A stretch of 64,000 nt of DNA from Eledone cirrhosa. Its lineage: Eukaryota. The notes under the pieces are model-generated. The model did not search any database. It was given only the letters and a program-made list of their open reading frames with translations, and was not told the DNA's origin. Within the stretch, counting starts at the first letter, position 1, and each line of letters opens with the position of its first letter. A program made the position numbers and the translations under genes. The DNA lies in assembly GCA_964016885.1 (NCBI GenBank), contig OZ024740.1:305474001-305538000 (forward strand). The letters run 5' to 3'. This document shows, piece after piece, positions 52,825 through 64,000 of this stretch.

Positions 52825-54402
52825 CTGTGGAAGACAAGCAAATAAAGTAATTAATACTCTACTAATACTTTTACAGCCAGTTCCAACATCCTTTTGTTAT
52901 TCCAGTAGTTATAACATTATACAGTTGTACCTTCAACTTCAAATAAGATCTATACAGATTCATGCACAAATATACATGCATGTATGTGTTTGTGTGTGTG
53001 TATATAACTATATATATATATAGTTCAAGGAGACAAATTGAGGTACAAAAAGTCTTATTAGTTACACGCTTTATATTGGAAACAGAAGAGTTTGACTTAA
53101 ACCCTTCTTTAGGAGTAAAAATTAGAGACAGGATCAGAAAAAAGGTCCAAGACATATATATATATGGTATAACACAATGACAAAATAGAAGATATAGTGG
53201 AAGAGGAAGAACAATGAAAACATGAAAATAAGATGTGAGGTTAATATCTAAAGATTCTAAACTTTATAATTAAGGTAATACAAGATAATAGAGACAGCAA
53301 TGCTACACTGTATAGCTGTCTAACCCATGCCAGCATGACAAAGTAATTAAAACAGAGATAATGATAATAGTTTGCTTCAATCTGGTAGATGAGGTCTGGA
53401 ACAAAGAACCACAAAATACTCTTTCAGTGTGTATAAAATGCACATGTTCTTCAAGTAATACAGAACATTTAGATTAGTGATAGAATGAAGCTTTAGCTTT
53501 GAACGAACAAATAAACTATCTCAGGTATTCAATACTTAGGACAATTTTGAAGACTGAATTTCATGGCTTAGGTTGTAAAGTGGTAAAGTGTATGCTTGTA
53601 TTTGTATATATGCCTATGCATATAACTGTATGGAGAAGTGAAAGATTAACTTTGAAGATTTATATTAATGAAAAACAGTTTGGAAAATTCAGATTAGAAA
53701 TATAGAGAAATGGTAGAGTAGGCTATGAAATGGTTAAAATATATAAATAGTGTGTGTGTATGTGTATATGTACACACACACATGAAGGTGCATAGCCTAG
53801 TAGTTAGGGTGTTGGACAAATGATTCTTGGACCAGGTTGCTCGTTGTGTTCTTGAGCAAAACAACTTCATTTCCCATTGTTCCAATCCAATCAGCTGAAA
53901 ATGAGTACCAGCAGTAGCTGGCAAATTAACTCTGCTATGGACTCTCTAGAGCAAAGTCATGTTAAGCTCTTAGTAGCTTAACACCAATGAAACTAGGATA
54001 AGTCCTGGCCTGATAAGCATTCATGTTTGGAACATTATGCACACACACACACACACCTTTTTGAAGATATTCAATTGACATCATTTTATGTTCACTTGTC
54101 ACATTGGCAAGGGTTGGACAAGCTGTCACAGTCTGAGACCAGATGGGTCAGAGCAGTCTGTGTTGCTTGTTATGTTCCTTAAGGATAAATGATAAAACCA
54201 GTCCTAGTTGCATTTAAATTTAAAAAGATGAGGCACCAAACTAAATTCTATAAAGCATTGTCTAACCCATACTAGCATGGAAAAATGAATGTTAAATGGT
54301 GGTGGTGGTGATGATGATGATGATCTAGTGAGTTACACTGACACCATACTAATTCCATCAGAAGACAATATATCAGTATAATTTCAGGTTTCTTGTACTT
54401 AC

Positions 54403-54571
54403 AATTGGTGGTAAGATTGGCATACCGTTGATCTTTATACAGGAAACATAAGAGCTGGATGGATTAGAGTTTACAATGACATCATTTGAACTGTTAGTCG
54501 AGGGAATGTATTCTTCAAAATGGGTCAGTAGCTTGGGTATTTGGGAGAGTATAGCAGAATATTTTCTATTG
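54403..54571 (-). CDS. CCP110: CCP110 exon 2
   Basis: Ends ..SYVSCIKINGMPILPPI, resembling the CP110 N-terminal motif SLIRFHGVAILSPL; phase 2-0. Confidence 0.9.
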
Positions 54572-54795
54572 CTGAAATATAACAGTACAAGAGAACTGGA
54601 ATTAACAAAGCGAGATAGAAAAAAGAAATTATTGAAAACAGTTATAGAATTATCATACCAACACCTCAAGCGAGACAGTTTCTACACAACACCACAAGTG
54701 AAACAGTTTCTACATATTTGTTTATGAAATTGTGTTTTACAGATAAATACCCTTTCTATGTTCAGCTAGTTGGAGTGCATTATTTATAGTATCCA

Positions 54796-54988
54796 GGGCG
54801 GTGGATTGTCAGTATTGGTAAAGGGTCGGACGCCATGTTTTGACGCATAGAGTTACAACCCTTTCCATTCTGAGTTCAAATCCCGCCAAGGTTAACTTTG
54901 CCTTTCATCCTTACGGGGGGGCGATAAAATAAAGTACCAGTAATGCACTGAGTATTTGCTGGCCTTGTACCAAAAGTAGAAAATTATT
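54796..54988 (+). mobile_element. tRNA-derived SINE, full length
   Basis: Near-identical to 21245-21431; further copies at 52015-52155 and 59146-59335. Confidence 0.88.
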
Positions 54989-57111
54989 TATAGTAACCAG
55001 AATGTTATACATATCTAGAAACACAACAGAATGGCTGTAAGAATCTTGATCAATGTTTTCAAAGCCAGTTCCTTTTTATATCATAATCACTTTACATCTG
55101 CTTTCATGCCAGCTTCAGTTGAATGAATTGTCAATACCCGAGACTACATGGTTTGGAGAACAACATCTTACTCATATGTTCTGTTTTGGGCATGTTTTCT
55201 ATAGTGGGATGTCCTTCCTAACACCAGCCTTATTACAGAATGTACTGGTAGCATTTTATTGTGGCACCTAACTACACTACAACATGAACTGGAGGCATTT
55301 TATTGTGGCAGCACACCTTAGAGAGGTCATTATGTCCTCAGCAGTGCTAAAAAGAACCTCTCAACCCTAAGTTGTTTCCATTCGAATGTCAACCATTTGA
55401 GTTCATTACATATTCTAATTTTAGAAATGTATTTGAGTTTTGAGACATCTTTTTATAAAGTAACGAATTTAAGTTTTAATTTGACAGGGTTAAGTGTATA
55501 ACATAATTCTTGGGTAGAATGCTTTTTCTATTACTGGTAACAATCTCAACACATAGCCGATTTAAGGAAATGCAGAATAAAATGTTCTACCTAGAAATAC
55601 GAGATGCTTGCAATGGATTTGAATTCAAATATTTGAATGTGTCAACTGATTTCATATTTTGTAAAAATATTTATACAATTTCTCAGAGGATAAATTCTTT
55701 TGATAAAAAAAAAAAAAAACCTGAATTCAGTATATAGCTGTAGCTATGGCAGTCACTGATAGTAAATCTTTGGTTGCTAAAAAAAAAATCATTTGCACAA
55801 AGAATAATGAAAGTTTCTACTAATATTTGAATGGCAGAGTCAGTAGAGTACAACACGTTTTGTGGCTATTTAGTTAGTAACATCACTTTACACTGAGTTC
55901 AAATCCTACTGAAGTTCACTATCTTCTAGGCTGATAAAACATTTAAGGTCAATTTGTGACCCTGTAATTATTTAAAAAAAAATTATTATTTGATTATGTT
56001 AATAGGAGAGAATTTTGTTAAAAATGCCATTAAACTTGACAGTCTTTGAGGTTTAAATTTTAGACAATGTATTTCTATTTTGAAACATTGTATTTTTTAG
56101 ATATGATTGAAACTGGATGTCAGCTACTTATTAACACTTAACTCAATTTTTTTTTCCTTTGCGACATTTAAAAAATATTGTTTTTACTAATACTGAATTT
56201 CGTGGTCTTAATTATGACGTTTTGCATATTTTAATAATGGCCTACTGGCATGGGTGAAGAGATCATCGCATATATATTACAGCTGTAAGATACAATGCAT
56301 CAAGTTATGTTTAAACCGGAGACATAGTCGGAATGTTTGCACTAGAGAAGACGCTGCCAATGGCATCCATTGACCAGGTGGTGATGAAAAGCAGTTATAC
56401 ATGTTGAACACTTTCTACCATATAGCTGTCGGTGCTCTAAAACTTTGGAAACTTCTTCAGCACCCGTTAAAAAGAATTTTGCCAACATGTAGTAAATAAA
56501 CTGTGAAATGAAAGATATACCTCACAATTTCTTAACATCGTTAACATTACTATCGCATGTTATTTGAAAATTTATGACAGCACACTATTTGTAAATGTTA
56601 ATGAAACTTAAACGTTATTTATTTTTACATTGTTGTAACTAAATTTAAACTGTACGGCTCGTATTCAGAATATCTTGTCAGCTGTACAACTATATGTGTA
56701 GAATTGCAAGCCAGCCATCCTGTAATTTTTGAATTATAAAACAAGTTGACTTTTATTGAAGGGCAGGGTTCTATTTAGATACTGTAGTAGATGGGAGGCT
56801 TCCAAAGATTTAACCTTTTAGCTCTCCAAAAAGTTTCTAGCTATTATCAAGAAATAGTTACAGTTAAAGTAAGGCCAATCTTCAACAAAAACTGCGACTC
56901 AGAAAAAATGAAAAATGTAAACAAACATTATTTTAAAAGAAAATTTTAAATGGTTGAATATAATAACAAAACGAGAGAAAACAACTTAGTTACATCAAGA
57001 CAGTTTATTGTTAACGGCAATATCACAACACTAAGACATATATTATTGACGTAGTAATTATTCATGTCAGTTTAAATGGTAAAAGAACAATTTTACAACG
57101 AATTAACTTAC

Positions 57112-57155
57112 GCTTCTTCTTGCCCCGACAAGTTTTGTTGTCCAGCAAGCGCCAT
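57112..57155 (-). CDS. CCP110: CCP110 exon 1 (start codon)
   Basis: AAAATGGCG start, encodes MALAGQQNLSGQEE(A), GC|GTAAGT donor; phase 2 matches exon 2. Total CDS 3393 nt = 1130 aa. Confidence 0.8.
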
Positions 57156-57335
57156 TTTAAAACACACCAAAGTTATACCGTATTTATGTTGAAACAACGA
57201 CTATTATTAGTCATCACTAGGCTAGTGTTTACAGCCTTATCCAATGAAAATAAGTTTAATAAAATATCGAAAACTTATCTGTTTACAATATAAACTTTAT
57301 ATGATTGACCGACGATCATTGGCGCCAATGTGAAA
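57156..57335 (-). promoter_or_regulatory. CCP110 proximal promoter
   Basis: TTTAAA (CHR-like) at 57156-61, CCAAT at 57241, and palindrome CATTGGCGCCAATG at 57317-57330 (E2F-like plus two CCAAT). Confidence 0.6.
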
Positions 57336-57397
57336 TTATTTATTTATCCATTGAAAATCAGTTAAATAGACTCATTTGTTAATATTGTTGGTGAATA

Positions 57398-58192
57398 TAT
57401 AGAACACCCCACCCAATTTCAGTGGGGACAAAAAAAAACAATTCCTCGGTTATTTCGTGTGCTATCAACTAATCTAACCTCCAAGATTCTGTCAATAGAC
57501 TTTTTTCCTTGACAACGGTAGGGGTAGGGTCCCCGTTAAATCCCCCCGTCCCTTGGAGATTTTTCGACAATTTTTTTTTTTTTTTTTCGCGTGTTATCAA
57601 CGAATATAACCTCCAAACCAGTCGGAAACAACCAGATTTGTAGAAAACTTGGGGTGAAAGGGGCCGAAAAGACCATCGGAGTTTCGCAGATCTACACACC
57701 TCTTGCGTTTAATGGGAAATAATTATCTGTCCTTGTTTTTTTCGGGACGTCTTTGATGCTAGCAAACAACTTTTTTCCCGGAAAACGGAAACCCTAACCC
57801 TAAACCTAACTCTTAAATTAACCCTAACCATAATTCAGGAAAAAAGTCTATTGGAGTTCCAGTGAAAATCGATAATTATTTCCCACCAAACGCGAGAGGT
57901 GTGTCGATCTGCGAAAGTCCGATTGTTTTTTCGTCCCCTTTCACCCTTCTTTTTCTACAAATCTAGTCGTTTCCGACTGGTTTGGAGGTCCTATTCCTTG
58001 ATAACACGCGAAATAAAAAATCAAAAAAAATCGTAGTGAAAATTCCGAGGGATAGGCACCCCACGCTCTCCGTTCTCCGGGGAAAAGTTGATTGCCAGAA
58101 TCTTGTAAGTTAGAATAGCTGATAGCCCCCCCCCCCCCCCAAACACGAGGAAAACAATTTTTTCCCATTGAAATCGAGTGGAGTGTTCTATA
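57398..58192. mobile_element. ~800-bp foldback/MITE with ~325-bp imperfect TIRs and a telomere-like core
   Basis: TATAGAACACCCCACCCAATTTCAGTGGG ... CCCATTGAAATCGAGTGGAGTGTTCTATA; arms about 57398-57727 and 57870-58192; AACCCTAACCCTAAACCTAA in the centre. Confidence 0.85.
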
Positions 58193-58499
58193 ATATCATA
58201 TTGCTTTTCACTAATATATATTTGTAACATTACTCGATAGAGTGCGTAGCTCGGAGATCAAACTGTCACTCCAGGTGGAGCCACTACTTCTCCGAATTGC
58301 ACTTAAACTTAAAAATTTCTCATCATGTAACCTAGTGTTGCTGTTATATATTACCTGTTATTTTTTATAGGATTATGAATCTTACTTAAATTATTTATTA
58401 AGTTTCCATAATTAATTATATAAATAAAGAAAAACAAAGGGTAAAGAAGGGCAGATCTGGCTGTATAGGAAAGTAATGGAAACGTGATGCTCATGAATG

Positions 58500-58725
58500 A
58501 TGATCACTGGGTGAAGAAGTTCCAGAAAATGCCAGTGGATAGAATCTGCAGTAATGGATGGCCTGGGCAGAGGTGGTGAGGGCTGATCTGAAATTGCTGA
58601 AACTCACAGAGGAAAAGATGAAGAAATGCGGCAAGTGGAGAGATGCCGTGCTGAAAAGGACCTGTCCAACCCATGCAAACGTGGAAAAACGGACGTAAAA
58701 ATGATAATGATGATGATGATGATGA
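58500..58725 (+). mobile_element. RTE LINE 3' fragment
   Basis: Reads WAEVVRADLKLLKLTEE..KWR with a (TGA)n tail; similar copy at 46430-46632. Confidence 0.8.
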
Positions 58726-60299
58726 GGTTGCAACTGACTAATAGAATCTACAAAGAAAGAACTATGGAAGACCTGAAAAATAAATTAATGAAGAATATGA
58801 CATGAAGATAGCCAGTCAAATGTTTAGTATCAAGAGAAAAGCAAGATGTCATTGTTTAACTCCAGGTCAGCCCTGGTTGAGTAGACGTAATAATCTGAAG
58901 CATTCTGTCTTTAATTTTTATGACATCTTTATTCAATATATCCTTTTCTTTTTCCCCAAAAATAATGTGTGATTTAAGGGGAACTTGGTTGCTATTTCTA
59001 ACAGGTCAAGAAACCATGTAGAGGTTTCAAGAAAATAGTGTGTGGTTTATGGACAATTTGGTTGCAATTTCTAGCTGGTCAGGAAACCGTGTGGAGGTTT
59101 CGAGAATGTAGTGGTGTGTGTCTGTATGTGTACACAACATTATTTTTGGTGGATTAGCAGTATCGGTAGAGGGTCAGAGACCATGCTTTCCAGCATAGTT
59201 ACGTCCCTTTATGGTCTGAGTTCAAATCCCATCGAGGTTAACTTTGCCTTTTATCCTTATGGGGTCGATAAAATAAAGTACCAGTAATACACTGGGATAA
59301 TTACTGGCCTTGTGCCAAAAGTAGAAACAATTATTTTCAAGAAAAGAGTGTGTGATTTAAGGGCGATTTGGTTGCAATTTCTAGTAGGTCAAGAAATCAT
59401 GTAGAGGTTTCCAGTATGTATTGGTGTATGTCTGATAATAACATTATTTTCACCGGGGTTTATTTGAGAGAGTTGCCAGTCCTGCACATTGATTCATCAT
59501 CATGATCATCATTGTCATTTTAATGTCCGCTTTCCTTGCTAGCAAGGTTTGGACCATTCTAGTGAGAAACTGATATAATTAGTTTGGTGTTTATTACAGA
59601 TAAAGAGCGAGAGTCTTGTGAGTAGCTAATATAACTAGATGTGTTTGTAAGAAATTAGAGCAGGGGTATGACAAGGTAGCATGGATTTTAATGGATTGTA
59701 GCTATGAATTGGATCTCCTGGTTGGTTATGTGTTCTGTAAGTTGGAGTGTTTGGGTTTTATGAGTAAATGATTGATAAATAGTTCATGTACAATCAATTA
59801 TAATGCAGAGAAAGTATCTAAGCAGATAATGAGGCAACAGTCATTGTGAAAAATCAAAGAGAAAGAGCAGAACAGACATGTTCCATTTTTGTGTAATATG
59901 TTCATCATATTACACAAGGTTAATGTATGTTGATGCCCTAAGGACAGACACTGGTCTGTTGGAGACGCAGGACATGGCAGCGATGATGAGGGACAGAGAC
60001 CACTGGAGAGAACTCGTCCATGGATCTCGGGAATTTTACCCGCCTTAGATAGATAGATGTTCATCATCATAACAGAATAATTTTCTTTAAATTTGTGTTT
60101 GTGATACACTGTAAAATAACATTTCACTGTAAAATAACATTTCACACACAACCAGTATACACTTATATGTATCTACTTATCCACTACATTAGTAGAAAAC
60201 ATAGTGAAAAAAAAAAGAGTATAAAACTAAAAGGTCATTACTTGAATTGGAAAACTGTTCAAATCAAATGTGAAGCTCCCTAAAAACATTGGTTGTCTG

Positions 60300-61290
60300 G
60301 CAACTCATAGCTACACCGAAGTAGTTCAAGTAAAAAACAAGACCAACCATGTCTGGAGTAAGTAACCAAGACTAGGCAACATAAACCCAATAGTGCAAAT
60401 GCTGCAAGAACACTATCCAAACCATGAATGATGCCTCCATCACTCTCAAGTTCTCCCATTTCCAAAATTGCATTTGGTCCTTTTGGTCTATTGCCAAAAT
60501 GATCTCCACCAATTTTGCAGAATCTTCTTTTCCTTCATTTCTTAATCATGGTGATTGTGTGTGAGCAATACTCTGTGCTGAAACACTCCACCTTCAATGC
60601 TCATTTTGCATCCAACACCACATTGGTAAATCATCTTTAAATATATCTCCTTTCACTCTACCAGAAACACCAACCTGCATACATACATTGGACCTTATAA
60701 TGTATCTTCTATCACCCTTACACAATGTGCCTCAGAGCTATCTCCTATATTCACCAAACTTTTCAACCTCTCTCTTTCCACAGGTATATATTTTGATCTT
60801 TGGAAATGCTACAATGAGTTCCATTCCCAAGAAAGGCAATTCCTTAGACTCTGTCAACTATTGCTCTATTATACGGAATTCTAATATTTCTAGATCATGC
60901 CACCCTTAATTTTTCCATAACTTATACCAACCAAGTGTCATCCACATGCAATATCAACACAACACACCAAGCCTATTCTGACTACATGAACAGAGACATG
61001 GAGAGCACCCCCAGAGGGATCATGCCACTTTTGTCTCTTTCAACATCCAAAAAGCAACAAAAGCACAAGCACAGTTCATTTCAAGACCCAACCCACCATA
61101 AGTATGAACAGCATTCAACTAGAACTTTCACAATCACATCAAAAGTTAGGTTTTACAAGTATTGAGGTTATCTCATAACAAACACACATCCCTAACCTTA
61201 CTAGGACTGCATCTAAAAGACTATCCCTTTGGTTCAATCCCAAGCAATTAATGACTCTCTATAAAGCTCAGGTGAGATCCACAATGGAGA
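60300..61290 (+). mobile_element. Decayed Jockey/CR1-like LINE fragments
   Basis: Reads FWSIAK, IPKKGNSLDSVNYCSI (cf. PKKGD..NYRPI) and LYKAQVRSTME. Confidence 0.6.
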
Positions 61291-62680
61291 CAGTGCTGCT
61301 ATTTAGTAACATTCACTCAGTACATTGGTAATTTCCTCTTGCTATATACACACTTTACACTTAAATATACTTGTCACATTATTTAAGATAAGCTTCACAG
61401 CACTACATTTTTGATGAACCCTTCCAGTCATATTATACATTTAATAGAGTTCACTTCAACACTTTTTATACAAATGGCTGTTGTCCCATTCTTTCCATTT
61501 TACCAGTTGCCATTACCTTTGTCTTTCCAATATTCACCTTCATACTTTTTGCCTCCAAATATTTCTTCCCTCTCTGTCAAACACACTCTCAGCTATAAAC
61601 ACCCAAGTTATTTGCATACAGCAACTCTCATGGTAAGCCTTCTGCTTGGCTTCCATGTAATTCTGATGGACTACTTCTTCTGCTACCATACAATGTGATT
61701 CCCATTACTTATAAACAGGAAACCTTCGTCTTTGCCCACTTATTCCCGAGAGGGTCATGGGGCAGAGTCCTCAAATACTCCTTCCAATGAGATCGATGGA
61801 GCAGAATATTTTCAGAGAATTGTGAAAGATAAAAAATAATGGAGAAAGGATCACAAATGTAAACTAAAGAGAAATACAGAACTATAGCGTTGTGATGACC
61901 TCTTCAACTTCCATCTAGATCCACATCAGCTGTTTACAGCTACTACTGCACTGAGATTCCTATAATTTTATGAAAATTCATATACACTCATTGCTTCAAT
62001 CCCTTTCAATTAATTAAATATAATTCAATTAAAAGGAAACAACTAAACTAAACAGATACCATAACCTCTAGTCGACCAAAGTTTGTGAGTGAAATTTGGT
62101 GGATTGGAGCTTGCAGAAGCCAGTTGGATGGACTGCAGATGGCTGACCGAACATCTAATTGAGAGGTTGGAGCTTCATATTGTGTTGTCGATGGCACTGT
62201 GTTGTCACTATAAACAACTCTCAAAATGGCCATGTCCTACTCTTCTATGCTGTGGTGGGGGGAGAACTCATAAGCAATGGTCCACCACCCCTATAACGAG
62301 TCAGGAAAGCTTTGTGTGTGTGTGGACAACCAGAAGTCTGATTTCATTTCAGTGTTTTATCTATAGTACATACTGAAACATGGAGTCTCGGAAACAAGAT
62401 GGAAAATTAACGTAAGAAACATAAATAAATAAAGAGGCACAATATTATTGAATTTACAATACAAAAAAATATTGAAGCTGAAGCATGTAATTATAAAAAT
62501 GTAGGTTTTCTTTTTTTGCAACTATGATAATGAATAAACAAAGAATGAGGACTGAAAACATTTTCTTGTAGCCCATGAAAAATATTTATAATACAAATAA
62601 GAAAATTAATTCTGTCATTTAGAGTAAGTTTCAGATCATTAATTTATATCTCTAGGATCACTTTGACAAACTTTTATCAA

Positions 62681-62815
62681 CTAGCAGACGCCATTTTTAA
62701 AACACACAACAAACATTAACAGTTGACTGTTTAAAACGACATCAATCATTGGTTAACAGCACGCTTGCGTTCATAATATTAGCCAATAATAATTAGTGTT
62801 AGAAACATCAACAAC
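62681..62815 (-). promoter_or_regulatory. Diverged duplicate of the CCP110 promoter/start region
   Basis: Aligns by eye to 57142-57275: CGCCATTTT(T)AAAACACAC ... CCAAT. Confidence 0.5.
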
Positions 62816-63441
62816 ACAAAATCTGCCTGCCTAAAAACTCGGCATTTTACTAATGATATCTTATACAATGGCAGGAGTTCTCGTGATTAATCATCCTGTG
62901 TCAGTCAACTCATTAGTCACGGGAATGTGGCTGCTTTCTAAATTGGTTCTAGCCGACATGGCTTTGTAAATACAAGTGCATTCAATCCTTGCAGGTCTGT
63001 ATATATCAAATAGTTAATTTTCATCTTAAAAATGACTTCCAACAAATCTACTTCATCAAAATATGATTTTAGTTTCTTCTTTCATCGTCAAGTTTTCTCT
63101 TCCTGACATTTTACGTTCACTGTATTGTTTACAAAGACCATGTTGTTTTATGGCATAACTACACTTTACTGTCTTCTTCTCACTTTGTTTTTCCCTCATA
63201 GTTGTCTTAATAATGTATATCTTTTATGATTGTTGATCACATTGAAAATAATAATATTATTAATTCAATTGAATAAAATATATTGTATAGTTTCGTTCAT
63301 GAATACTTTCATTTCATTTACAGGAATAGTTTGATTTGTAGTAAGTTAAACCTGCTTTCCAATTGATGGCGATAATAATATCAATTAGTAGAATGCCATT
63401 GATTTTAACTGAAACGAAATGTCATTTCTACAACTATAAAT

Positions 63442-63479
<38 letters not shown>

Positions 63480-63529
63480 ATATTGATTGATTTTGTAAGA
63501 TATATTGTGATTATTTTCATTGTTAAATT

Positions 63530-63571
<42 letters not shown>

Positions 63572-63624
63572 ATGATATATATATATATATATAGTCTTAT
63601 TTGATATAGAAATGGCTTCTACAG

Positions 63625-63692
63625 GACTAGAACTATTTCATTCGTTTGGAATCTTGGAATCATCAGGTATTCCTGATGATTTCATACGAATG
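63625..63692. repeat. Head-to-head CTGATGA inverted repeat with a degenerate hammerhead on the minus strand
   Basis: CATTCGTTTGGAATC..ATCAGG-TATT-CCTGATGATTTCATACGAATG; minus strand reads CTGATGA-TTCC..GAAT-GAAATAGTTCTA; next to (TA)n. Confidence 0.55.
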
Positions 63693-64000
63693 ATGTTTAC
63701 ACTCTACTAAGGTATGGAGTACCTTTTTAAATGTGTCCCCCTCTCTTAGTTGAGAGAGAGAGAGAGCAAAGGTAAAATTATATATACAAAGCTCAAATGT
63801 ATGTAGAGAATTATATATGATGGTATATAATTGCCAAGTAGTTTCAGAATTAGCTCAATGTGTTTATATATTGGTCTGAAGAAAAGGTAGACTTTTTAGG
63901 GAGAAAAAGTTGGAAAACAACAAATATATAGATGGAAAAATTAACTTTTAAATCATTTAAAATTTCTTACACACGTTTCAAGTGAGTTGTACATTTACTT

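Noticed and set aside
6192-57155. Functional 'ciliary gene cluster' (ARF4 plus CP110)
   Set aside because: Both have ciliary roles in vertebrates, but two genes 30 kb apart with different promoter motifs are not evidence without synteny data.
62860-63110. Possible exon or ORF beyond the duplicated promoter
   Set aside because: Only short frames on both strands, with no recognisable protein motif or consistent splice pair.

Overview
AT-rich, intron- and repeat-dense animal DNA. The repeat landscape (tRNA-derived SINEs, RTE-tailed (ATG)n elements, CR1/RTE LINEs, (TA)n/(CA)n tracts) suggests an octopus or other coleoid cephalopod; this is inferred, not proven. Three spliced genes can be built by hand from GT-AG sites with consistent phases. 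(1) The first coding exon of a class II Arf (ARF4/5-like) is on the minus strand at 6192-6258; its later exons appear to lie left of the window. (2) A complete LRRC20-like gene is on the plus strand, with 4 coding exons at 19990-26756 encoding 171 aa. (3) A complete CCP110/CP110 homologue is on the minus strand, with 13 coding exons at 57155-35218 encoding about 1130 aa. ARF4 and LRRC20 appear to share a divergent promoter carrying CRE and CREB3/UPRE sites. The CCP110 promoter has E2F, CCAAT and CHR-like motifs, an adjacent 800-bp foldback element and a diverged duplicate 5.5 kb upstream. The most unusual signal is a set of (TA)n-anchored fold-back palindromes carrying whole or half minimal hammerhead ribozyme motifs of the Penelope-like/retrozyme type. 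Most ORFs in the supplied track are microsatellite or transposon artefacts.
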